NCBI GenBank assembly: GCA_036564345.1
Contig: DATCOZ010000299.1
Span: forward strand, 1-52,828
Source: Candidatus Dormiibacterota bacterium
GTDB taxonomy: Bacteria > Chloroflexota > Dormibacteria > Dormibacterales > Dormibacteraceae
Direction of reading: 5' to 3'
Length of the DNA stretch: 52,828 bases
A model generated the notes under the pieces. The model was given only the letters and a program-made list of their open reading frames with translations. It was not told where the DNA came from and searched no databases. The position numbers and the translations under genes were made by a program. Shown here piece by piece: positions 17,983 to 26,377 of this stretch; position 1 is the first letter of the stretch, and every line of letters begins with the position of its first letter.

Positions 17983-18432
17983 ATGAGACCTATCGAGGAA
18001 GAGAGTTGGGAGAGGGTCGATCGCGAGGTTCCCACCGATCCCCGACCCGACCCCCAGACAGATCGAACAGTCCGGCCGGTCGAGGCTGTCCGCGAGGACC
18101 ACTACAGCCGCGGCACGGTCGTTCGGGCGTATGACGCGAGGGTCGAGCGGGTCACCTGGTTCATCGTTGCCGTGATCGGCTCCCTGATTGCGATCCGCTT
18201 CTTCATGAAGCTGCTCGGGGCCTCCTACCAGGCGGATTTCGTCCGCTTCATGTACGGCGTGACCGGGCCGCTGGTGGCGCCGTTCCGAGGGATCTTCCAG
18301 TCCAGCGGCTCGGGGAACTACGTGCTCGAGCCGGAGTCCCTGATCGCGATCGCGATCTACCTGTTGATCGGCTGGGCCGTCGTCGCCCTGATCCGGATCA
18401 TCGGCACACCGAGAACGCGCCCAGTCGTCTGA
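17983..18432 (+). CDS. YggT-family membrane protein with an acidic N-terminal extension
   Basis: WFIVAVIGSLIAIRFFMKLLG...YGVTGPLVAPFRGIF...LIAIAIYLLIGWAVVALI pattern. Confidence 0.7.
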   Translation: MRPIEEESWERVDREVPTDPRPDPQTDRTVRPVEAVREDHYSRGTVVRAYDARVERVTWFIVAVIGSLIAIRFFMKLLGASYQADFVRFMYGVTGPLVAPFRGIFQSSGSGNYVLEPESLIAIAIYLLIGWAVVALIRIIGTPRTRPVV

Positions 18433-18639
18433 CCGGGAGTGTTCCGTCGAAGCCTGGGTGGGCCTCGGCGGCGATCTCGGATCGATATACGCAGCTGCCG
18501 CCCAACGTGATATCCGCTTTATCGCTTCTTTAGCCCGTCGCGGCCGTTAACTCCCCATAGTCGGATTGTCGGTGGACCTTCAAGGATCCTTACCGCCCGG
18601 GCGCAGGCATCCGAGCTTCAGGGCGTCAGTTTGCTCGGC

Positions 18640-19314
18640 ATGACCTCGATACTCAAAGGGCTCGCGGCCCTCATCGCAGTACTGAGCGTGAACGTGGGAG
18701 GTGGCCACGTCAGCGTCGTCAACAAGCCAGTCCTTCACACCGTCACCGTGTCCAAGGCAACTGCCGACGTGCACACCGACCCGGTTGGAACCCACGCCTA
18801 CACGATGCGCGGCCGCACCCAGGTGACGGTCTTCCCGCCGACCTCGGCCCCCGATGAGGCGCCGACCGACCAGTCGCCCGCTGCCAACCAGCCTCTCGCC
18901 CAGCTGCCGATCGCGAGGCCGGCCCCCGCACCGCGGCCCGCCCCGCCGGCGATCGTCGTCGGCTCGACCCAGCAGGCGCTGATCAACCAGGACCGCGCCG
19001 CCGCCGGCCTGGGCCCCCTCAACTGGAGCTCCTGCCTGGCCGGCATCGCCTACCAGAACGCGCTTCGGATGGCCAACGCCGGAGCCATCTCCCACGCAGG
19101 CGGTGCCAGCGCGGACCTCGGCTGCGGCCTCGGTAGCCAGGGCGGCGAGAACGTCGGCTACTGGTCGGGCGGCATCAACGACGCACAGCTGAACACGATG
19201 TTCATGAACAGCGCCGGCCACCGGGCGAACATCATGGGCCCCTACCACTACGTCGGGACCTCCGGGGTTCGGGCCGCCAACGGCTACGGCTACATCGCGG
19301 TGGAGTTCAGCTAG
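18640..19314 (+). CDS. Secreted CAP-domain (SCP/PR1-like) protein
   Basis: ATG at 18640 followed by a signal-like helix and a Pro/Ala linker. C-terminal LINQDRAAAGLGPL...NSAGHRANIMGPYHYVG matches the CAP domain. Confidence 0.7.
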   Translation: MTSILKGLAALIAVLSVNVGGGHVSVVNKPVLHTVTVSKATADVHTDPVGTHAYTMRGRTQVTVFPPTSAPDEAPTDQSPAANQPLAQLPIARPAPAPRPAPPAIVVGSTQQALINQDRAAAGLGPLNWSSCLAGIAYQNALRMANAGAISHAGGASADLGCGLGSQGGENVGYWSGGINDAQLNTMFMNSAGHRANIMGPYHYVGTSGVRAANGYGYIAVEFS

Positions 19315-19554
19315 GAGTCCGGCCGAAAAGTAGCGGGGCGCGGCTTGTCCCAAAGGGATAACCGCTGGTAAGCGCTCAAGGCGCAAGGATGGGCGGCTTT
19401 CTACAGCCAAGACTGGGGCCGTCCGAGTGTGCCGCCGAGCCTGCTTGCAGCGGCGCTGTTGCTTCAGGTTCACGACCGGGTCTAGGACGAGGAGGCTCGG
19501 CGCTGTAATAAGGCGTTGGACGGGTGGCGCGGGAGCGCCCGACGGTCGCTTGGA

Positions 19555-20016
19555 CTAATTGGGCCCCAGCTCAGCCTCCAACCTACCGGCCAATCGCTCG
19601 ACGAAGTCCTTGATCGTTGCCTGGGCCAGTCGGTGCATCAGGGCGCGATCGATCAACTCCCCGAGCTTTCCTAGCGGAGGGTCGTACCGGGCGTTCAGGG
19701 TGAGCCTGGTGGATTCCGCATCCTCCGGCTGCACGTGAAGCGTCCCCTCCATTCTTGGGAAAAGGGGAGGTCCACCGACCGCCTCCCAGCTCACCGGCAG
19801 CATAACGCGGTCGGTGGGGATCACCGACGGTAGCTCACCCAGGGTCAGTCGAACGTGTTTGTACATTGGCAGCCGCCCGATCCGGACTCCCACTTTTGCA
19901 AGCAGCTCGCGGCCGTCCCCGTCGAGTCCGACCGACCAGGGATGGCTCGGCGCGGCCACCACGGCGGCGACCTCATTGGACGGATGAGCAAGCGTAACGG
20001 AGTGCTGCGCGAACAT
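19555..20016 (-). CDS. Hypothetical protein, SRPBCC/START-like (paralog of 21340..21870)
   Basis: 153 aa. Shares LP(V/I)(S/A)W..A....LFP.M.G.L...P...L.....Y.PP.G.LG...D......R.A.A....FV..LA.RL with the second copy. GTAGGAG lies before the ATG. Confidence 0.55.
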   Translation of the reverse strand: MFAQHSVTLAHPSNEVAAVVAAPSHPWSVGLDGDGRELLAKVGVRIGRLPMYKHVRLTLGELPSVIPTDRVMLPVSWEAVGGPPLFPRMEGTLHVQPEDAESTRLTLNARYDPPLGKLGELIDRALMHRLAQATIKDFVERLAGRLEAELGPN

Positions 20017-20396
20017 CTCCTACGAGGGTCGCCATCCGGACGTCCCAGGTACAGGGCCGATCAGCCCCTCAAAAGCGGGACCGGCTATCACCGGCGTCCG
20101 CATGCGCACGGGAGCCACGCCTCAGGGAAACCGCGCTCTGCATGCAGGACCGGCTTCCGGCTCATGTTTCCCGGTCCCATCAGGCCCGCGTCGGAATGGC
20201 CCCGGCTCTGCCGTTAACCGGACACCCGCCGCAAGCCACCATCGGGATGCCGGCGCGACTGCCGACTGTTATGCGTTGGAAGGGGCCTTTGGCGCGGGAC
20301 GCGAAGGATCACGCTCCTCGATGAAGCATTGGTCCTACCGGTCGCGGGCCGAAAGGCCCTGCCGACCGCCGTGTCGAGGCGGCAGCTTTGATTCCT

Positions 20397-20876
20397 ATGA
20401 ACGATTCGGCCGCCGGCGGCGCGGGACGGGCTGGTCAGCGGACTGCCTCGATGGCGCTGCAGACGCTCTCCGACGACGAGTGCTGGGAGCATTTACACGC
20501 GCACCGATTCGGCCGGATCGCGATCGTGGTGGCCGGGCTCCCGAAGATCTTCCCGGTCAACTATGCCGCCGGCGACGGAGCAATCGTCTTCCGGTCCGAT
20601 CCGGGAAGCAAGCTGGTGCATGGCCCGGGATCGCCCGCCTGCTTCGAGGTCGACGACTACAACCCCTCGTCCGGAATCGGCTGGAGCGTGATGGTGACCG
20701 GCCCGCTGGAGGACATCACCGGCGCCGACGATCCCATCAGCGCGCGGCTACGAAGCCTGGGTGTCGAGCCGCTGGCCCCCGGCCGGCGCCTGCACTGGCT
20801 GGCATTGCACGCGGAGGAGGTCTCGGGCCGGACCTTCCGCAGCGGCTGGGCGATCCCGGGCGCGTTTCTCGGCTAG
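20397..20876 (+). CDS. Pyridoxamine 5'-phosphate oxidase-family (Pyridox_ox_2-like) protein
   Basis: LSDDECWEHLHAHRFGRIAIVVAGLPKIFPVNYAAGDGAIVFRSDPGSKL...GWSVMVTG. The start is ambiguous (TTG 20388, ATG 20397, ATG 20451). Confidence 0.7.
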   Translation: MNDSAAGGAGRAGQRTASMALQTLSDDECWEHLHAHRFGRIAIVVAGLPKIFPVNYAAGDGAIVFRSDPGSKLVHGPGSPACFEVDDYNPSSGIGWSVMVTGPLEDITGADDPISARLRSLGVEPLAPGRRLHWLALHAEEVSGRTFRSGWAIPGAFLG

Positions 20877-21339
20877 GTCCTCAGCCGGGCTGCATCGGGC
20901 ACTCGGTCGCCTTGGTTTCGCGGTAGGTGTGGCTCCAGGAGCCAATTCGTCTCTCTTAAGAAATCGGGCTCTTGGGCGTCCATTTTCGAACTGCCAGAGG
21001 CCTCGTCCGGCGGTTCGAAAGTGACGAAATGACCCCTGCGGATGAACGCCAGCTCTGGTCGGTCGGCGGTTTCACGTGCCGGCGTCGAAGCGCCCAAGGG
21101 CGTGGCCGAGGGTGAACACCTTCGCCCAGGGGCGCGGCAACGAGCCCGCTCCAGGGTGGGACGCGGTTGCCGAGATCGGGATAGGACCCGTCCGCGGCGG
21201 GCCATTCGGCCCTGATCGATGACTGTCAGTAGGCCTAGCGTCCGACAAGGTGATCGCTCCTGAACAGCGCGTTGCGTCCTTTGGGGACGGATTGGAGAAT
21301 CCATCGTTGGTACTTGCAAGAACCGTCAGGAGGCCTGTT

Positions 21340-21870
21340 ATGTGGAAGGATCTGTACTTCTTGGAATACGTGGATCGGGATTTGCCGGAGGTGGTCGCCG
21401 CTCTCTCCGAGCCGAACTCCCGCATCTTCCAGTCGGCCACTGACCATGCCGTGACTGCTACCGAGCTATTCCGAGACCGGCTGCACGTCCAGGTTGCGGG
21501 TTTCGACATCGGTAGGGAGGTCGAGATCGAGGTCGGCCAGGCCGAGGACCGGGGCTACGCGACGTACCTTCCGATCGCCTGGCATGCGGCGAACCAGGCC
21601 GCCCTCTTTCCTCTCATGAAGGGCGAGCTGGAGATCGAGCCGCTCAGCCATTCCCCTGACCGGCCACTGACGCAACTCTCCATCATGTGTCGCTATCGAC
21701 CGCCGGCGGGCTTGTTGGGCGGTCTCGGTGACGCTCTCCTTGGGCATCGGATCGCGGAAGCGGCTGTACGTAACTTCGTAATGGACCTGGCCGCACGCCT
21801 GGCGCCGACCGACGTCCGTCCGTTGCGCGCGCCAGAGGTTGAGGCCTCCACTATCCCTCGGCCATCCTGA
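21340..21870 (+). CDS. Hypothetical protein, SRPBCC/START-like (paralog of 19555..20016)
   Basis: ATG at 21340 preceded by AGGAGG. The C-terminal half aligns with the first copy. Confidence 0.6.
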   Translation: MWKDLYFLEYVDRDLPEVVAALSEPNSRIFQSATDHAVTATELFRDRLHVQVAGFDIGREVEIEVGQAEDRGYATYLPIAWHAANQAALFPLMKGELEIEPLSHSPDRPLTQLSIMCRYRPPAGLLGGLGDALLGHRIAEAAVRNFVMDLAARLAPTDVRPLRAPEVEASTIPRPS

Positions 21871-22291
21871 CCGCGAACCAGAAGATCCCGAGCGTTACCA
21901 ACAGGAGGAGCGGGGAGATGGCCCTCGAGGCCAGGATCGCAGCTCTCGAACCCGTGCGACGGCCGACAGCGGTGTGAGCGGCGGTCAGGGCAACTGCGGT
22001 CAAGGCAAGGCCGGTCTTAACCTCCAGCAGCTGGCCGAAGCCAGTCCTCGTCAGGGTCGACAGCGAGTAGCCCAATCGTGGCCATGCCATGGCGGCGCCC
22101 GAAACTGCGATCAGCAGCCACGCGAGGACCGAAGCGACTGCGAAGGACCGCCCGGCGCGAGCCATGAAGGTGCGAAATGTCGGCGGGTCGAGGGTACGCA
22201 CCGCGATCACCGCGAAGACGCCAAGAACGATAATGCCGCCGAGCCAGAACGCTGCGGCCACGAGGTGGATCAGACGCCAGACCTCGTCCAT
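21851..22291 (-). CDS. Four-TM membrane protein, CopD-like
   Basis: MDEVWRLIHLVAAAFWLGG (H-x7-W-x-GG) followed by three more helices. An alternative GTG start lies at 22396. Confidence 0.5.
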   Translation of the reverse strand: MDEVWRLIHLVAAAFWLGGIIVLGVFAVIAVRTLDPPTFRTFMARAGRSFAVASVLAWLLIAVSGAAMAWPRLGYSLSTLTRTGFGQLLEVKTGLALTAVALTAAHTAVGRRTGSRAAILASRAISPLLLLVTLGIFWFAVRMAEG

Positions 22292-22469
22292 CGACGTTAC
22301 ATGATGGAACTGTCGGCCTGGACCTGCAACGACAAGAGGAGCGTTGGGATGCGGATGTTCGCGGGCGCCGGTTCCTTCGAGGCTTCCAACTTCCACGTCA
22401 TCGGTAAATGTCCTTTACCAGGCACGTATGTATTCGACCATTCGATGTCCACATGGACATAGGAGCCAC

Positions 22470-22828
22470 GGGCCAACTTGTTGTCGATCGGCCGTCGAAC
22501 CCCGGCCCGCCTGTAGTCGTGGAGATGAGGCGGCTGAGGCGCCTATCCGATTGGGTTTGACGGATCCAACCACGCGCTTTCGACAGGTAGGGAGGAGGAT
22601 TGGGAGGAGAGGAGGCCGGCGCGCCGTTTGAGGATCAGCGCGTTGATCGCCGCGGAGTTGGGTCCCGACTTCGAAGCATTGATCGAGGCCTATCAGCTGC
22701 TCCGTCGGCATGGCCACGAGCTCTGTCGTCGCAAGGTACCGGTGTGCCACTCAAGCCCTTTGCGCGACCGCTGCGACTACTTCTCCGCTCGAGGTCCCAT
22801 TACGCGACAGCCCTTAGCGTCTACCTGA
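22470..22828 (+). pseudogene. Decayed HhH-GPD / endonuclease III-like gene remnant
   Basis: Consecutive pieces lie in different frames: ANLLSIGRRTPA, PVVVEMRRLRR, IRLGLTDP, then ALIEAYQLLRRHGHELCRRKVPVCHSSPLRDRCDYF. The last is the Nth-type C-x6-C-x2-C-x5-C region with the third Cys replaced by Ser. Confidence 0.5.
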
Positions 22829-22934
22829 TACACCCGTCAGGCACTCGTCCTGAAGTTTTGGGGACCATCGCCCACTGACCACGTCGGCAGGGCGACCTAT
22901 GGTGAGCTTACAACCGGTAGGAGATTTGAGCAAA

Positions 22935-23156
22935 ATGATGTGGGGCTATTACGACGGCTGGACCTGGCTCTGGATGGCCGGCATGATGCTGCTGTTCTGG
23001 GGTGGTGTGATCGCGCTGGCGATCTGGGTCATCAGGGCATTCTCGCGCCCGGGACAGACCGGTGACCAGGCACTGGAGACACTGCGCCAGCGGCTGGCCG
23101 CCGGCGAGATCAGTCAAGAGGACTTCGATAGGACGAAGAAGGTTCTGCAGGGATAA
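22935..23156 (+). CDS. SHOCT-domain small membrane protein
   Basis: MMWGYYDGWTWLWMAGMMLLFWGGVIALAIWVI (TM) followed by LRQRLAAGEISQEDFDRTKKVLQG (SHOCT-like). Confidence 0.7.
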   Translation: MMWGYYDGWTWLWMAGMMLLFWGGVIALAIWVIRAFSRPGQTGDQALETLRQRLAAGEISQEDFDRTKKVLQG

Positions 23157-23245
23157 ACGACGAAGCAGCGACGGCCGTCTTCTTTCTATCTATCCCTATC
23201 CGAGGACTGACTCAAGTGCTTGACCACTGGCGAGGTGAACGAGAA

Positions 23246-23341
23246 ATGAGCTGGACAGTTGCGGACTTCATGACCGAGTCGGTGACTACGATGCAGGTGG
23301 ATACCCCCTTCAAGGCTGTGGTCGAGCAGATCTGGATCTAG
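23246..23341 (+). pseudogene. 31-codon fragment resembling the N-terminus of a CBS-domain protein
   Basis: MSWTVADFMTESVTTMQVDTPFKAVVEQIWI-stop. The V.D.MT..V.TV..DTP....V pattern is typical of the first CBS motif, and no continuation is visible. Confidence 0.4.
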
Positions 23342-23442
23342 CACCTCCGCACCCTCGACAACTTCGCGAGGTGAGGTGGGCAGCGTTCCCGTCTCGCCTT
23401 ACTTTTTGGCTCCCCTTAGGATGGGTATAGGTAGAGCCAGAA

Positions 23443-24342
23443 ATGGTCAAGCGGATCGGCACCGACTGGGGACTCAACGTCCGGATGATCCTGACGATGT
23501 TCCTCCTCGCCTGTGTCTACCTCGCCTTCATGGGCGCCCTCTGGTACTTCGGAGTCCCGGCCGGGTTCATCGTCGTCATCGCCGGGATCATGCTGTTCGC
23601 CCAGTACTACTTCTCCGACAAGCTGATCCTGCTTTCGCTGGGCGCCCGTGAGGTCAGCGAGCGGGAGGCGCCCCAGCTGCACGACATGGTCGGGCGGCTG
23701 GCGGCCCTGACCGGCCTGCCGAAGCCGAAGGTGGCCATCATCGAAAGCAACGTGCCCAATGCGCTCGCGACGGGTCGCGATCCGGGGCACTCCGTGGTCG
23801 CGGTGACCACCGGCATCCTCCAGACCCTCGACACGGAGGAGATGGAGGCGGTGCTCGCGCACGAGATGAGCCATGTCATCCACCGCGACATGCGGGTCAT
23901 GGCGATGGCCAGCTTCTTCGCCACCGTCGCGTCCTTCATCGTCCAGTCGGGCCTTTGGGGCGGCTTCGGCGGCGGCTACGGGGGCGGCCGCGATCGCGAC
24001 CGCGGCAACTCCTTCGTCCTCATCTTCCTGGTCTCGATCGTCGTCTGGGCGATCAGCTTCGTGCTCATCCGCACCCTGAGCCGCTACCGCGAGTACTCCG
24101 CCGACCGCGGCTCGGCGATCATCACCGGCCAGCCTTCCAAGCTCGCATCGGCGCTGGTGAAGATCAGCGGCCGGATGCAGCGGATCCCGGAGCAGGACCT
24201 GCGCCAGGTCGAGGCGGGCAACACGCTGATGTTCTTCCCCGCCATCAGCCGCGGCTCGATCTCGGAGATCTTCTCGACCCATCCATCGCTGGAGCACCGC
24301 CTCGCCAAGCTCCAGGAGATGGAAGCCAACCTGGCCCGGTAG
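23443..24342 (+). CDS. htpX: Zinc metalloprotease HtpX (M48 family)
   Basis: HEMSHV motif, four TM segments, C-terminal FSTHPSLEHRL. Confidence 0.9.
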   Translation: MVKRIGTDWGLNVRMILTMFLLACVYLAFMGALWYFGVPAGFIVVIAGIMLFAQYYFSDKLILLSLGAREVSEREAPQLHDMVGRLAALTGLPKPKVAIIESNVPNALATGRDPGHSVVAVTTGILQTLDTEEMEAVLAHEMSHVIHRDMRVMAMASFFATVASFIVQSGLWGGFGGGYGGGRDRDRGNSFVLIFLVSIVVWAISFVLIRTLSRYREYSADRGSAIITGQPSKLASALVKISGRMQRIPEQDLRQVEAGNTLMFFPAISRGSISEIFSTHPSLEHRLAKLQEMEANLAR

Positions 24343-24354
24343 CAGCTGGCGCGG

Positions 24355-24921
24355 ATGGGGTTCCTGGACAGCCTCTTCGGTCGCACCCGGCTACCCAAAT
24401 CGAACGAGGACAAGCTCTTCGCGATGAGCACCGCCGCCGTCGGCCTCGAAGCGTCGGCCGGGATCAAGCCCGCGGGCCGCGCCGGCATCGTCTTCAAGCG
24501 CCTGCCGGCGGGCCGCTTCGACCAGCTCAAGAAGGACATGCACGACCTGCTGAAGCTCCAGGGCGAGGGCGAGGGCCTGGCGCTCGAGGACAAGACCGAC
24601 GACCTCGGATTCGACTGGCTGATCATGTCCGGGACCGACTTCCAGGAGGCGATCGCCGCCATCCACAGCGCCGCCACCTCGCTCCTCGAGGAGGGCCTCG
24701 GCGACCTCCTCCTCGCCGTCGCATTCCGGTTCGAGAGGGAAGGGCGACCCGAGTACTGGATCTACGGCTACAAGCAGGGCACCTATTACCCCTTCGTCCC
24801 CACCGGCGACCATCAGCGGGACAACGCAGAGGAGCTTCGCCTGGCTGCCCTTGGCAAGGCCGAGCTGCCTGTCGAGCCGACCCTGGAGCGCTGGTACGCG
24901 CTCTGGGGGATACCCGTCTGA
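24355..24921 (+). CDS. Conserved hypothetical protein, PspA-associated PspAB-like
   Basis: MGFLDSLFGR...YGYKQGTYYPFVPTGDHQRDNAEELRL...ERWYALWGIPV resembles the actinobacterial family I recall as PspAB. The gene lies 12 nt after htpX. Confidence 0.55.
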   Translation: MGFLDSLFGRTRLPKSNEDKLFAMSTAAVGLEASAGIKPAGRAGIVFKRLPAGRFDQLKKDMHDLLKLQGEGEGLALEDKTDDLGFDWLIMSGTDFQEAIAAIHSAATSLLEEGLGDLLLAVAFRFEREGRPEYWIYGYKQGTYYPFVPTGDHQRDNAEELRLAALGKAELPVEPTLERWYALWGIPV

Positions 24922-25029
24922 CGGCACCCTCTCAGACCGGTACGGCGGCGTACATTGACGCGCCATGCCGCATTGTGTCATAATGGTCCCACAGTCAGAA
25001 ACGAATTCAAAACTGGGGGTTTTCAGCAA

Positions 25030-25605
25030 ATGGCAGTCGAGATCAAAGAGACAGCCGAGAACGGCGTCGAGAACGCGATCGAAAACGCGGTGATGGGCGC
25101 CGACCTTGTCACGGGGGCGGCCGTGACCGTCGCCGAGAACGTCAGCAAGGCGATCAACCACCCCGTCCGTGAGGCGCGCAAGATCGAGCGCCGCGGCGCA
25201 GCCGTGAACCGCCGGTTCAGCAAGGACGTCGCGGGCTATATGGAGGACACCGTCGAGGTGATCGACGCGATGATGCCCGAGAAGGTCGCCCTCCTCGGCA
25301 TCCACGCCATCAAGGACCGGGCCCGCCGCAAGGACCTGATCGGTGACGTCGCCTACCGGACCCTCGAGCTCGTCAACGGCGGGCTCGAGGCGGTGCTCGG
25401 CACCCTCAACCGGCTGGAGCGCGCGACCGAGCCCCCCACCCGGCCCGGCACGACCCACACCCGCCCGGCACGGCCCGTCAAGAAGGCCGTCCGGAGCGCC
25501 CGGCGAACCATCGGCAGCAGGGCGACCACCGCGGCCAAGAGCGTCCGCTCGACCGCCCGTCGTGGCAAGGCCAGCGCCCGCCGGACCGAGAACAAGCGCT
25601 CGTAA
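25030..25605 (+). CDS. Hypothetical helical protein with a strongly basic Arg/Lys/Ala/Thr-rich C-terminal tail
   Basis: ATG at 25030 (G-run about 10 nt upstream). Tail is PARPVKKAVRSARRTIGSRATTAAKSVRSTARRGKASARRTENKRS. Confidence 0.6.
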   Translation: MAVEIKETAENGVENAIENAVMGADLVTGAAVTVAENVSKAINHPVREARKIERRGAAVNRRFSKDVAGYMEDTVEVIDAMMPEKVALLGIHAIKDRARRKDLIGDVAYRTLELVNGGLEAVLGTLNRLERATEPPTRPGTTHTRPARPVKKAVRSARRTIGSRATTAAKSVRSTARRGKASARRTENKRS

Positions 25606-25638
25606 ATTCGGTAACTCAGAAATTTCCGCCGTGTACCG

Positions 25639-25671
25639 GGGTCGCGCCGAAAGGCGCGGCCCTTTTCTTTT
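25639..25671 (+). terminator. Intrinsic terminator
   Basis: GGGTCGCGCC-GAAA-GGCGCGGCCC (10-bp stem with one G-U pair, GNRA loop) followed by TTTTCTTTT. Confidence 0.75.
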
Positions 25672-25701
25672 GGCGTCGCCGCCGGCCACACTTCACGTCC
25701 C

Positions 25702-26322
25702 GTGAGCTCGCTCCTCCTCGCCTTCATCGCCATCTCGCTGCTGCTGGCCGTCACACCGGGGCCTGACATGGCCCTGGTCACCAGGAACGCCCTCGCCCAC
25801 GGACCGAGGGGCGTCTTCCTGACGACCACCGGCATCGCAATCGCCCTCCTGCTCTGGGTCACCGCCACTGCGGTCGGCGTGGCCGCGCTACTGAAAGCAT
25901 CGACAACCCTCTTCTACCTACTCAAGCTGATCGGGGGCGCTTACCTGGCCTACCTGGGGGTCCGGGCGTGGCTCGCCAGCCGGGAGAAGCCCGGCGACCT
26001 CCTCGCTGGGATTAACGCGGCGCCGGCGGGCTCGATCCTCCGCCAGGGCCTGATCAGCGCGGGTACCAACCCCAAGCTGGGCGTGCTCTTCGTGACGCTG
26101 CTGCCGCAGTTCATCGATACCCACCGCCCGCTCCCCCCACAGCTGCTGCTGCTCGGCGCGACGTTCGCCGTGATCGGCTGGACGTGGATGAACGTCTACG
26201 GCCTGCTGATCGCCCGGATCCGTGACTTCATCACCGCTCCGCGGGTCCGGCAGTGGATGGAACGCATCACCGGAACGGTGCTCATCGGCCTCGGCGTCCG
26301 GCTGGCGTTCGACCGCGCCTAG
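25702..26322 (+). CDS. LysE/RhtB-family amino-acid exporter
   Basis: GTG start. LLLAVTPGPDMALV N-terminal signature; 206 aa with about 6 TM helices. Confidence 0.85.
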   Translation: MSSLLLAFIAISLLLAVTPGPDMALVTRNALAHGPRGVFLTTTGIAIALLLWVTATAVGVAALLKASTTLFYLLKLIGGAYLAYLGVRAWLASREKPGDLLAGINAAPAGSILRQGLISAGTNPKLGVLFVTLLPQFIDTHRPLPPQLLLLGATFAVIGWTWMNVYGLLIARIRDFITAPRVRQWMERITGTVLIGLGVRLAFDRA

Positions 26323-26377
26323 CTCCCCATCTATGCGGCAGCCCTGTTGCCCTCATTGGAACGCCCCCGGCCTAGAC

